A stretch of DNA of 37,050 nt, taken from the NCBI GenBank assembly GCA_018060635.1, contig JAGOVR010000001.1:1-37050 (forward strand), written 5' to 3'. The notes under the pieces are model-generated. The model did no database searches. It saw nothing but the letters and a program-made list of their open reading frames with translations, and was not told the DNA's origin. This stretch comes from Bacteriovoracaceae bacterium (GTDB taxonomy: Bacteria > Bdellovibrionota > Bacteriovoracia > Bacteriovoracales > Bacteriovoracaceae). Below, piece after piece: positions 1 to 8,402 of the stretch (within the stretch, counting starts at the first letter, position 1; every line of letters begins with the position of its first letter). A program made the translations under genes and the position numbers.

Positions 1-365
1 ACAGAACTCACTCCCGCATAAGTGTCTATCTCAAAACCTGCTTTTAAAACTGCTTTAATAAGAGGATAGGCAGGATCAGAAACCACAGGGCTTCCTGCAT
101 CTGATACCACATAAAGATTCTCCCCTGTTTGCAAAATATCTAAGAATTTCTGTGAACTCTCCTCTTGAGAATGATCATGAAAAGCATAAAGTTTTTTATC
201 ACTTAACGAAATTCCTAAATGCCCCAATAGATCTTTAAAAGTTCGAGTGTCTTCACAGGCAAAATAAATTCCCTTTTCTAAAACTTCTTTTACTCGTCCT
301 GTAAGATCCTGCAAATTACCAATAGGAGTAGTCAGTAGAATGAGTTTTCCATGAGTTGTTTCCAT
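1..365 (-). CDS. rsmI: 16S rRNA C1402 2'-O-methyltransferase RsmI, N-terminal ~121 codons; the gene continues past the left edge
   Basis: Absent from the ORF track because it runs off the window. My reverse-strand translation from the ATG at 365-363 is METTHGKLILLTTPIGNLQDLTGRVKEVLEKGIYFACEDTRTFKDLLGHLGISLSDKKLYAFHDHSQEESSQKFLDILQTGENLYVVSDAGSPVVSDPAYPLIKAVLKAGFEIDTYAGVSS. It carries the RsmI motifs TPIGN, EDTR and SDAG-P-x-SDP. Confidence 0.85.
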   Translation of the reverse strand, partial: METTHGKLILLTTPIGNLQDLTGRVKEVLEKGIYFACEDTRTFKDLLGHLGISLSDKKLYAFHDHSQEESSQKFLDILQTGENLYVVSDAGSPVVSDPAYPLIKAVLKAGFEIDTYAGVSS

Positions 366-503
366 AGTGTCATAATGCCCCTGAACGGGAGACTGGAAAA
401 GCACAGGCAAACACTTCCCCATGGCCAAGAGTTCTTTTCCTGCTTAGAATAATAAATACTTTTGGAACAGGATGTTCCGAAAAAAATTTCAGCAGGAGGA
501 AAC

Positions 504-911
504 ATGAGTATCAGAGCCCACATCATCACCGACATCCATGGCAACATTGTTGTGCAAATGCGTGGAGGTTTGGACTATGACACTTCGATTCCTCTGCGCA
601 AAGAACTTAAAGTTTTATTGAACGCTAACCCTTACAGTAAGGTTACTGTGGATATGGAAATGGTGGAGTTTGTTGGCTCTTCTGGTATTGGACAATTTGT
701 GGATACTATTTGTAGTATTAATTCTGAAAATGATAGCGCTCGTTTAACTCTTTCTAATGTTAAGAATGAATTTTTAAGAGTTTTTAAGCTCTATGCTCAA
801 GGAAACTCTCAAGATATTGAAAAATATATTGAGTCTTTTGATATGGAAAATGATCACACTTCTGACCTTAATATTTTACATGGTGGAAAAAAACGTACTT
901 TTCAAAATTAG
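504..911 (+). CDS. STAS-domain protein (SpoIIAA/RsbV-like anti-sigma-factor antagonist)
   Basis: Track ORF 462-911 starts at TTG. I prefer the ATG at 504 because AGGAGG lies at 494-499. The motif VEFVGSSGIGQFV resembles the D-SSG-G phosphorylatable-serine loop of STAS domains, and the size fits (135 aa). Confidence 0.7.
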   Translation: MSIRAHIITDIHGNIVVQMRGGLDYDTSIPLRKELKVLLNANPYSKVTVDMEMVEFVGSSGIGQFVDTICSINSENDSARLTLSNVKNEFLRVFKLYAQGNSQDIEKYIESFDMENDHTSDLNILHGGKKRTFQN

Positions 912-985
912 AGAAATGTAAGTTTTTTTTTGAATCTTTTTTCATTTTGTTGGCCGTATAGTGGGTGTCCCAAAAGGAAACACAT

Positions 986-1450
986 ATGAAGATTCTATTC
1001 GCTTTAATTTTTACTTTTTACTCTTTTTCTTCTTTTTCTCAAGAAAAACTTGTTTGTCCAGAGCTAGAAGACACCAATCTCAATGGAACTTATAACTATC
1101 AAGGGTCTGCACCAAAACTTAATCAAAAACTTGGTAAAGATAAGTTTCAGTTTACCATTAAAGTGACAATCCCTCAGATCTGTCATAATCACCCTGACAA
1201 AATAGGGAATAAAAAAGACTCTTTTATTTGTAATCTTGCTCAAAAAATACAATCAGAGGAAAATGGATGTTTTTGGAGACTCCCTTATTCTGAAGAGTAT
1301 TTTATGTTCTTCAAACCCTTAGAAGAAAGAGAAAAAACGATTCTCTATACTTACGGAGATGAAGATTTTTTTATTTTTGATTCTAATGAGTTTTTTAAAA
1401 AAGAAGATTCTCCCTCGAATTCTTCTTTGGGTGTGGAAATAAAAAAATAA
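986..1450 (+). CDS. small secreted hypothetical protein
   Basis: Track ORF 965-1450. The in-frame ATG at 986 follows AAAGGA and gives the signal peptide MKILFALIFTFYSFSSFSQE. I recognise no domain. The 3' end overlaps the convergent yraN-like ORF by 100 nt. Confidence 0.5.
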   Translation: MKILFALIFTFYSFSSFSQEKLVCPELEDTNLNGTYNYQGSAPKLNQKLGKDKFQFTIKVTIPQICHNHPDKIGNKKDSFICNLAQKIQSEENGCFWRLPYSEEYFMFFKPLEEREKTILYTYGDEDFFIFDSNEFFKKEDSPSNSSLGVEIKK

Positions 1451-1692
1451 ATTTTTTTCTTAAAAATAAGAGCTAAAAGACTGAGCGCCCTTGTAAGACG
1501 ATTTTTTTGATTTCGTGAAATGATAGGTTTATTTTTTGTTTCTACCACGACACAAGTATTTTCTTTAAAATAAGCTAGATCAATTTGGCCACAATTTTTA
1601 CTTCTAAGAAGCAAAGGAGAAATCAGCAGTGGCAACCCTTGATCGTGCAACTTCTCAGAAACCTTAAGTTCCCAAGAGTCTCCTTTATTCAT
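1351..1692 (-). CDS. yraN: YraN-family (UPF0102) endonuclease-like protein
   Basis: CGQIDLAYFKENTCVVVETKNK matches the GEIDLI...vfVEVK core of UPF0102. Its start overlaps the rnhB stop by 8 nt, and rnhB-yraN is a common gene pair. Confidence 0.55.
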   Translation of the reverse strand: MNKGDSWELKVSEKLHDQGLPLLISPLLLRSKNCGQIDLAYFKENTCVVVETKNKPIISRNQKNRLTRALSLLALIFKKKIYFFISTPKEEFEGESSFLKNSLESKIKKSSSP

Positions 1693-2383
1693 CTGATAGC
1701 TCAGCTAAAATATTCCTGCAAAAAGTTCTTCTATGGATGGGTGACATCCCCCACTCTTTCACTTGCTGTCGGTGGAAGGCAGTAGCATACCCCATGTGCC
1801 GATCAAATCCATAAGCTGGATATTTTTTATGCATTTTCTGCATATATTGATCCCGATATTCCTTCGCAATGATAGAGGCCAGAGCAATAGAGCGCATTTT
1901 ACTATCCCCTTTAATGATCGGATATTCCTTTACATAAGGAATCTCTAAACAGGGTGCAAATTTTCCATCCACTAGTAAAGCAGCACCATCTTTTTTAATT
2001 TCTTTTTTATATTTATGAAAAAGAACTTGAGAAGATTTCCTCATACATAATAAGGAAGCCTGTAAAATATTAATTTTATCAATAATGGGATTAGATATCT
2101 CTGATAGTGCAAAAGACATCTCTCTTGCTAAAAATATTTTTCCTGTTTCAAGCTTAGAGATATCTATTTTTAAATATTCTAATATTTTTTTACGCTTTAA
2201 CGAACTAAGTTTTTTAGAATCTGTGACTCCTAACTTTTTTAAAAGGTTCAACTGATCTTTTATGTGTTCTGAAAAGATAATGACGGTGCAAGCAACCACA
2301 GGTCCAGCTAACGGACCACGCCCTACTTCATCCACACCTAGCAGATGATTTTTCCCTTTAATATATTTGCAATCAAGATACAT
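1685..2383 (-). CDS. rnhB: ribonuclease HII
   Basis: GVDEVGRGPLAGPVVA active-site motif. The track ORF extends to a TTG at 2422. I prefer the ATG at 2383 (MYLDCKYIKGKNHLLGVDEVGRG) because it gives the usual N-terminal length. Confidence 0.93.
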   Translation of the reverse strand: MYLDCKYIKGKNHLLGVDEVGRGPLAGPVVACTVIIFSEHIKDQLNLLKKLGVTDSKKLSSLKRKKILEYLKIDISKLETGKIFLAREMSFALSEISNPIIDKINILQASLLCMRKSSQVLFHKYKKEIKKDGAALLVDGKFAPCLEIPYVKEYPIIKGDSKMRSIALASIIAKEYRDQYMQKMHKKYPAYGFDRHMGYATAFHRQQVKEWGMSPIHRRTFCRNILAELSDE

Positions 2384-2420
2384 AGTTTCTTCTAATTTGG
2401 AGAAACGAGAAGTTCTAGGC

Positions 2421-2482
2421 AAAAAATCTTAAAATAGAGGGAGCATACATAGAAGTATGTGACCGATATTTTAAGATTTTTT
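2421..2482 (-). promoter_or_regulatory. 16-bp perfect inverted repeat with a nested 5-bp stem, between the rplS terminator and rnhB
   Basis: AAAAAATCTTAAAATA (2421-2436) is the exact reverse complement of TATTTTAAGATTTTTT (2467-2482). The 30-nt spacer contains CATAC/GTATG. Confidence 0.4.
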
Positions 2483-2517
2483 AACGACGAAATTCGATGT
2501 TTATCCGAATTAGCCAT

Positions 2518-2545
2518 AAAAAAAGGGCCTTAAAAAGGCCCTTTT
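2518..2545 (-). terminator. intrinsic terminator after rplS
   Basis: The stem AGGGCC (2524-2529) / GGCCCT (2537-2542) has a 7-nt loop. On the minus strand it is followed by a run of 7 T, and it lies 27 nt downstream of the rplS stop. Confidence 0.8.
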
Positions 2546-2571
2546 AAAAGTATCAGATCAGGAGGATCAAA

Positions 2572-2940
2572 TCACTCACTTTTACTAAAATCAACCTCAA
2601 GACGCGCATCTTTCCCACTACGCTCTCTTAAGTAATAATGTTTGGCACGACGAGTTTTACCTTTGTTCACAATTTCTACTTTCGCAACACTTGGTGAGAA
2701 ATAAGGAAATACTCTTTCTACTCCTACACCACCGCTAGAAACTTTGCGTACACGAAAATGCCCGCTTAATTTATTTCTATGTTTAGTGGCAATACAAACA
2801 CCTTCAAAAAGCTGAATACGAAATTTAGCTCCTTCTTGAATTTTCACATGCACTTTTACTTCATCACCTGAAGAAAAATCAGGAAACTCTTTAGGGTTTG
2901 CATTTACGTGGTTTTGATTTACTTTATCGACTAAGTTCAT
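2572..2940 (-). CDS. rplS: 50S ribosomal protein L19
   Basis: Full-length match to the L19 pattern (FRIQLFEGVCIA...FRVRKVSSGVGVERVFP...V). Confidence 0.97.
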   Translation of the reverse strand: MNLVDKVNQNHVNANPKEFPDFSSGDEVKVHVKIQEGAKFRIQLFEGVCIATKHRNKLSGHFRVRKVSSGGVGVERVFPYFSPSVAKVEIVNKGKTRRAKHYYLRERSGKDARLEVDFSKSE

Positions 2941-3521
2941 AAACTTCCTCTTAATTTTATTTGTGCTTGGTTTAATCTATCACAATAAATGGACACAGCA
3001 CTTCTTACTGACAAGTGGTTATAATGGCCCGAACCATTGATAGGTGCAAGTTTAAAATCAGCCACTTGGGTAATTTCTTGTGCTAATCCCCAGCCTGTAC
3101 CAAATAACAGGAAGATAGGCCTTTTGTCAAGCTTGTGACTTAAGGTTAACAGATCTATTTCATTCCCATGGCATTCCTTAAAATTGGCCCCTGTGACCAC
3201 TAAAAGAGGTTCTCTCTGTTCTAATTGATGGATTGTTTCCTGCGCTTGTTGTACCGAAAAACTTAGTTGTGCGACGCTCAATGCTTCTTGTCGGTCTGGA
3301 TTATAAATGGCCCCCTCTTCGCTTTCCCAATGCCCCAAAATTTTACTCACCAGCTCATGCTGAGGAACAAGAGGTGTAATAATAAAATATTTCTTGATAC
3401 CAAAAGTTTTGGAGGCCCTAGCGATATCATGAATATCTAAATTGGTGACTGAAGTTGTTCCAACCGCTCCCCTTTTATTTAAAATAGGATGATGCACAAG
3501 GCCTAGATAAATAGTTGTCAT
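2937..3521 (-). CDS. SPOUT-superfamily putative RNA methyltransferase (TM1570 / PF09936-like)
   Basis: IYLGLVHHPILNKRGAVGTTSVTNLDIHDIARASKTFG is the signature N-terminus of this family. Its position between trmD and rplS, with 4-nt overlaps on both sides, is the classic context. Confidence 0.75.
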   Translation of the reverse strand: MTTIYLGLVHHPILNKRGAVGTTSVTNLDIHDIARASKTFGIKKYFIITPLVPQHELVSKILGHWESEEGAIYNPDRQEALSVAQLSFSVQQAQETIHQLEQREPLLVVTGANFKECHGNEIDLLTLSHKLDKRPIFLLFGTGWGLAQEITQVADFKLAPINGSGHYNHLSVRSAVSIYCDRLNQAQIKLRGSL

Positions 3522-4234
3522 TCTTTTACCTTTTTTTTGAGGAGATCAGGTCTTAAAACCTGCGTGACTCTTTTACGCTCTTCTCTCTGATAATCTTCTA
3601 TATTTTTAGTATGACCTGATAAAAGAATAGCAGGGACTTCAAGCCCTTTATAATTAGCAGGACGGGTATATTGTGGCTGTTCTAAAAGACCTTCTTCAAA
3701 AGAATCTTGCTGACTAGATTTATTATTTCCTAACAAACCAGGAATAAAACGCAGGCTTGCATCTAAAATAGTCATGACAGGAAGCTCTCCTCCTGTTAGC
3801 ACAAAATCTCCCACATTAATTTCAGAGATGGAATATAAATCAAAAAGACGCTGGTCAAACCCTTCGTAACGACCACAGAGAAAAAGAATATTCTTATCTG
3901 TTTCTGTGATTAGTTTTTGAGAAATTTCTTTAGCCGTAACGGTATTAAAAACTTTTCCTCTCGCCGTAGGACAAATCATTGTAAAATCAGCAAGTGAAGC
4001 ATTGGCTTTTTTTATAATATCTAAAATAGCTTTATCTAAAACATCAATTCGTAAAAGTGTTCCTTCTCCTTTTCCATAAGGATGATCGTCAACACTTTTA
4101 TGGAGTCCCAACCCATAATCACGTAAAGAGATGATATGTATCTCACAATAATTTTTAATTCTGGAAGAAACGCCTTTTTCAAAAAAAGGGGTGAAGTATT
4201 CAGGAAACAAAGTCAAAATCCATATTTTTTTCAT
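3518..4234 (-). CDS. trmD: tRNA (guanine37-N1)-methyltransferase
   Basis: LTLFPEYFTPFF, GRYEGFDQR and GDFVLTGGELP motifs. I chose the ATG at 4234 (MKKIWILTLFPE) rather than the track start at 4303, which would overlap rimM. Confidence 0.95.
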   Translation of the reverse strand: MKKIWILTLFPEYFTPFFEKGVSSRIKNYCEIHIISLRDYGLGLHKSVDDHPYGKGEGTLLRIDVLDKAILDIIKKANASLADFTMICPTARGKVFNTVTAKEISQKLITETDKNILFLCGRYEGFDQRLFDLYSISEINVGDFVLTGGELPVMTILDASLRFIPGLLGNNKSSQQDSFEEGLLEQPQYTRPANYKGLEVPAILLSGHTKNIEDYQREERKRVTQVLRPDLLKKKVKE

Positions 4235-4244
4235 GGGGTGATCT

Positions 4245-4769
4245 CTAGCTATTTTGCAGATATTCTGGGGCATGAACCATAACTTCTTTTTTATCCCAGT
4301 CAAATTGAATTAAAAATTCTTTCACCCAAGGAATTTCTATTTTATTTTTTTGCTCAATAATCACCGCCACTAACTGTGCTCCATTGGAATAAAATTCTTT
4401 TAACTCTCCTAAGTATTTTCTTTCTTGTGAAAAAACTTTAAGTCCTATGGCATCTTGAATGTAATATGTGCCTTGGGGAAGCAAAGGTAAATCTTTTCTA
4501 CGAATAAAAACATCACAAGGAAGAAGAGGTTCAATGTCATTTAAGGAGTTAATATTTTCAAAACTTACGATAACTTTATTGCCAAAGGTAATCTCTTTTA
4601 ACTGTAACTCATATTTTTTTTTATCATTTTTACTTATTAAGAGAAGTTTAGGTTTTCGTTCTTTCAAAACACTATTTTCTTCATTAAAAAGACGTAAAAT
4701 AACAGCACCCTTAAGCCCGTGCCCTCGTTCTATAATACCTAATTGTAAGAGTTCTTGTTCTTCTTTCAC
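4245..4769 (-). CDS. rimM: 16S rRNA processing protein RimM
   Basis: [22 protein letters not shown]-terminus and a PRC-barrel-like C-terminus, in the conserved operon position. Confidence 0.9.
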   Translation of the reverse strand: MKEEQELLQLGIIERGHGLKGAVILRLFNEENSVLKERKPKLLLISKNDKKKYELQLKEITFGNKVIVSFENINSLNDIEPLLPCDVFIRRKDLPLLPQGTYYIQDAIGLKVFSQERKYLGELKEFYSNGAQLVAVIIEQKNKIEIPWVKEFLIQFDWDKKEVMVHAPEYLQNS

Positions 4770-5008
4770 TCAATAATTTCTAAGACACAGCGTTTACCTA
4801 TTTTGGTAGAAACGGCTGTTAAGATAGTGCGAAGTGCACCTGCGGTACGACCTTGTTTCCCAATCACCTTCCCAAGATCTGTCGGTGCAACTTTAAGTTC
4901 AATCACAGTGGTTTGTTCTCCCACTACTTCACTTACTTCTACATGGTCAGGAGAATCAACTAAATGTTTAGCAATATTTTCAATTAGGTCTTTTAATTCA
5001 CTCGACAT
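4766..5008 (-). CDS. KH-domain RNA-binding protein (UPF0109 / YlqC-like)
   Basis: The [24 protein letters not shown] motif, 80 aa, located between rpsP and rimM. Confidence 0.88.
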   Translation of the reverse strand: MSSELKDLIENIAKHLVDSPDHVEVSEVVGEQTTVIELKVAPTDLGKVIGKQGRTAGALRTILTAVSTKIGKRCVLEIIE

Positions 5009-5029
5009 AAATACCTCAAAGAAAGAAGG

Positions 5030-5281
5030 TTATGCTGCTTTTGTGTCAATATTATGTTTGCGGAAAAGAGTTCGTACCGTATCTGTTAAACGAGCACCTT
5101 TGGAAATCCAGTGTTTAACTCTTTCCACTTTAATCGCTGTAAGCTCTTCTTTACCATTGGGAGTATACTGACCCAATTTTTCAATGAAAGCCCCATTTCT
5201 AGGTTTGCGTTCATCAGCCGCCACTAAAGTATAAAGAGGGCTATTTACTCTTCCAACTCGAACCATACGAATAACAATCAT
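5030..5281 (-). CDS. rpsP: 30S ribosomal protein S16
   Basis: MIVIRMVRVGRVNSPLYTLVAADERKPRNGAFIEKLG aligns with the S16 N-terminus. The ATG at 5281 is preceded by GAAAGGAA; the track start at 5320 adds 13 non-homologous residues. Confidence 0.95.
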   Translation of the reverse strand: MIVIRMVRVGRVNSPLYTLVAADERKPRNGAFIEKLGQYTPNGKEELTAIKVERVKHWISKGARLTDTVRTLFRKHNIDTKAA

Positions 5282-5338
5282 AACGTTCCTTTCATTTATT
5301 TTAAAAGAATGGATTATCACCTAAAAAGAGGCGGGAAG

Positions 5339-6772
5339 TCAAAAATATTTCTTACCCCAAGGGTCTTTTTTTTCACTATTTTTAGGATTTTTAGGCATTT
5401 TAGAAGGCCCTCCACCTTGTCCAAAAGGTGGCATTCCCATACCTTTAAGACCTTTTTTCCCCATTCCACTAAACATTCCCATCATTTTTTGCATTTCATC
5501 AAATTTACGTAAAAAAAGATCCACATCTTTAAGAGTCGTGCCTGATCCTTTTGCCACTCTTTTACGTCTAGATTCCTCTTTTAACAAAACTCTATTTTCT
5601 TTTTCTTTATGAGTCATGGAAGAAAGAATAATATCAAATTTGTCCATTTCCTTCATAGGAGCTGAGAGATCTCCCATCTGCTTGATAGCCCCACCTACTC
5701 CTGGAATAAATTTCAAAATTGATTCAAAAGAACCCATTTTTTTCATGCCCTGAATTTGTTTTCCAAAATCCATCAGAGTAAAACGATTTTCTGTCATTTT
5801 TTTCATAAGATCTTGAGCTTCTTCTTCACTTACCATCTCTTGAGCTTTCTCTACTAAAGAAACCACATCACCCTTATCTAAAAGCCTTGAAGCTAAGCGG
5901 TCTGGATGAAAAATTTCTAAATCCGAAATCTTCTCCCCTGTGGATAAAAAAAGAATAGGGATTCTCGTCACCGCCCTTAAAGAAAGAGCGGCTCCCCCCT
6001 TGGCATCTCCGTCCATTTTAGAAAGAACGGTTCCTTCTAATTTTAATTTTTCATGAAAAGTTTTGGCAACGGTTAAAGATTCTTGTCCTGTCATTGCATC
6101 TAACACTAAAAGAGTTTGAGTCTCTCGAAGTTTTATCAAATTTTTTTGCATGACTGACAATTCTTGCATAAGTTCAGAATCTGTTTGCAGTCTTCCCGCA
6201 CTATCCACGATCAGTCCTTCATAATGATGATCCTCAGCATACTGATGAGCGGCCTTTAAAAACTTTTCTGGTGTTTGTGAGAAGTCCGTATCAAAAAAAG
6301 GAAGATTGTTTTTTTGTGCTAAAATTTTTAATTGTTCTTTAGCGGCAGGACGAAAAGTATCGGCTGGAACTAAAAGTACTTTTTTGTTTTTCTTATCCGT
6401 TAAATACTTGGCAATTTTAGCGGAAAAGGTTGTTTTACCAGCTCCATTAAGCCCTACAACTAGCAGAGCAAAATTTTTACCACCGCTGGGAATCCATTCA
6501 GTGGCCTTTTCACCCATAAGATGTGTCAGTTCATCCTGAACCAATTTAATAAACTGTTCATCAGGACGCACACCTTTAATAACTGCTGTTCCTAAAGATT
6601 TTTCTTTGACTGTATTTAAAAAATCTTTAACAACTTTAAAATGAACATCCGCTTCTAATAAAGATGTTCTTAATTCTTTGAGAATTTCATCTATATTGTT
6701 TTCAGAAATTTTATGTAGTCCTCTGACTTTCTTTAAGGTCTGAGTTAATTTATCACTTAAGCGATCAAACAT
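5339..6772 (-). CDS. ffh: signal recognition particle protein Ffh
   Basis: GLNGAGKTT P-loop, DTFRPAA, DSAGR, and a Met-rich M domain with a basic tail. Confidence 0.97.
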   Translation of the reverse strand: MFDRLSDKLTQTLKKVRGLHKISENNIDEILKELRTSLLEADVHFKVVKDFLNTVKEKSLGTAVIKGVRPDEQFIKLVQDELTHLMGEKATEWIPSGGKNFALLVVGLNGAGKTTFSAKIAKYLTDKKNKKVLLVPADTFRPAAKEQLKILAQKNNLPFFDTDFSQTPEKFLKAAHQYAEDHHYEGLIVDSAGRLQTDSELMQELSVMQKNLIKLRETQTLLVLDAMTGQESLTVAKTFHEKLKLEGTVLSKMDGDAKGGAALSLRAVTRIPILFLSTGEKISDLEIFHPDRLASRLLDKGDVVSLVEKAQEMVSEEEAQDLMKKMTENRFTLMDFGKQIQGMKKMGSFESILKFIPGVGGAIKQMGDLSAPMKEMDKFDIILSSMTHKEKENRVLLKEESRRKRVAKGSGTTLKDVDLFLRKFDEMQKMMGMFSGMGKKGLKGMGMPPFGQGGGPSKMPKNPKNSEKKDPWGKKYF

Positions 6773-7247
6773 GGGACTCCTCTAATACTTTTATATGTTG
6801 TAAACAATCTAAAGGGGTATGGGCCAAAAAATTTGCTCCTAAATCTTGTAGTATTTTTTCTCCTCCTAGTCCATTCCATAAAACACCAATACATTTACAA
6901 CCAATATTTTTGGCTCCTTGCATATCATGAAAACCGTCACCTATCATCAGCATTTCAGAAGGTTCCCAACTAGGTATAATGGTCATAAGACCTTGAATAG
7001 ATGGCTTGGGAAAAATATCTGTTCCGCAATAAACATTTGTAAAATAAGATAAGAGCATTTGCTCTTTCATAATTTGTAAAGTTGAGGTTCTCCCTCTCAG
7101 TGTCCACAAATAAAGTGTTTTTCCTTGTTCTTTCAGATTTTTTAACAAATCTAAAATATGAGGATAAACAACAATTTTGTCTCCTTCTCCACTTATAAGA
7201 GTTTCATTGAAATCAAAAATAATAGTTTTTATCTTTTTATTTTGCAT
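6765..7247 (-). CDS. HAD-superfamily hydrolase
   Basis: Motif I is FDFNETL (note Asn at +2), motif II LWTLRG, motif III PKPS, motif IV GDGFHDMQGA. I chose the ATG at 7247 (MQNKKIKTIIFDF). The stop overlaps the ffh start by 8 nt. Confidence 0.75.
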   Translation of the reverse strand: MQNKKIKTIIFDFNETLISGEGDKIVVYPHILDLLKNLKEQGKTLYLWTLRGRTSTLQIMKEQMLLSYFTNVYCGTDIFPKPSIQGLMTIIPSWEPSEMLMIGDGFHDMQGAKNIGCKCIGVLWNGLGGEKILQDLGANFLAHTPLDCLQHIKVLEESHV

Positions 7248-7306
7248 GGGTTCACACTTTAACATGATGATGTTAAAAGAAAAACCATATAACTTAAGGA
7301 AATAAG

Positions 7307-8401
7307 GTGAAGAATTTTTCTCCTGCACTACAAAAAAAATTAGACGAGCTTAAAAACAGGCGGCAAAGTTTGTTTTTAGGAAAAGTTTTTGTCGCCTCTC
7401 CTTTCATTCAGGCCCCTATGTCGGGAATTGGAAGTTTTCCCTTTCGCCTCCTCATGGAAGATTTAGGTGCAGGTGCTACCATCAGTGAGCTCATTTCCTG
7501 TCATGGAATTCATTACACTAATAAAAAAACGCAAGATATGCTCTCCATTCATCCCTTAGAAAAAAATATTGGAATTCAACTTTTTGGAGAAGAAGCAAAA
7601 GTGATGGCATCTGCCGCTGTTATTGCTCAAGAGAAAGGGGCCAAATTTGTTGATATTAATATGGGTTGTCCTGTACGCAAAGTCGTTGGAAAAGGAGCTG
7701 GCTCAGCACTCCTTAAAGATCCTTCTATCTTGCCTGATTTTTTCACCACGATTCGTAAAGCTATTACGATTCCTCTCACCATAAAAATTCGCACAGGTTG
7801 GGATCATGATCATCTCAATTCCCATGAGATTGTTAAAATTGCAGTAGACTGTGGGATTGAATTTGTTTCTATTCATGGTCGCACTCGCAGTCAAGCTTAC
7901 GAGGGTCAAGCCAATTGGGATTATATTGAAGACGTGGCAAAGAATGCATCTCTTCCCATTATTGGGAACGGAGATTTGCATACTGCTTTTCAAGTAAAAA
8001 ATCGCTTTGCTAAAACTCATTGTAAGGCCCTTATGATTGCCAGAGGTTCTATTCGCAACCCCTTTATTTTTTCTGAAGTTTATATGCAAGAAGGAGAAAC
8101 CCCTTTTACTCCTGCCCATTATCTAGAAGCTTTGGAGCGACTACTTTACTACACGGAACTTCGCTACGGTGAAAGGCCTTCCATGGTGCTTACTCAAATT
8201 AAAAAATTTTCAGCTTGGTTTGCCTTTGGTTACTTTGCTTCTGCTAAATTTCGAGAGGAGCTTTTTTCTTTTACGGACTTACCTTCAGCTTGGTCTTATA
8301 TAAAAGATTATTTTACAGGATTAGAAGAAAATATTGATCCCCTCAAACGCTTAAAAAATATTAAAGATCGGGCGAGCTTTATGGCAGGAGGCCATGGGTA
8401 A
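7307..8401 (+). CDS. dus: tRNA-dihydrouridine synthase (DusB-like)
   Basis: FIQAPMSGIGSFPFR, DINMGCPVRKV (catalytic Cys) and SIHGRTR motifs. GTG start with AAGGA upstream. Confidence 0.9.
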   Translation: MKNFSPALQKKLDELKNRRQSLFLGKVFVASPFIQAPMSGIGSFPFRLLMEDLGAGATISELISCHGIHYTNKKTQDMLSIHPLEKNIGIQLFGEEAKVMASAAVIAQEKGAKFVDINMGCPVRKVVGKGAGSALLKDPSILPDFFTTIRKAITIPLTIKIRTGWDHDHLNSHEIVKIAVDCGIEFVSIHGRTRSQAYEGQANWDYIEDVAKNASLPIIGNGDLHTAFQVKNRFAKTHCKALMIARGSIRNPFIFSEVYMQEGETPFTPAHYLEALERLLYYTELRYGERPSMVLTQIKKFSAWFAFGYFASAKFREELFSFTDLPSAWSYIKDYFTGLEENIDPLKRLKNIKDRASFMAGGHG

Positions 8402-8402
8402 G

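Noticed and set aside
462-478. A sigma-54 promoter (TGGAAC…TGTTCC resembles TGGCAC-N5-TTGC).
   Set aside because: The GG-to-GC spacing does not fit the -24/-12 geometry, and the -12 GC is absent.
332-547. A 71-aa minus-strand ORF spanning the rsmI start and the STAS gene start.
   Set aside because: It is out of frame with the real rsmI reading frame (ATG at 365) and crosses the intergenic region, so it is spurious.
1685-2422. The TTG at 2422 as the rnhB start.
   Set aside because: It has no SD, lies inside the inverted repeat, and adds 13 residues not typical of RNase HII. The ATG at 2383 is preferred, though neither start has a strong SD.
4755-5171. A 138-aa plus-strand ORF antisense to the KH-protein and rpsP genes.
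   Set aside because: It is a shadow ORF of well-supported minus-strand genes, with low-complexity Ser/Thr/Val composition and no SD.
7703-8119. A 138-aa minus-strand ORF inside dus.
   Set aside because: It is antisense to a confidently identified gene and has no homology signal.
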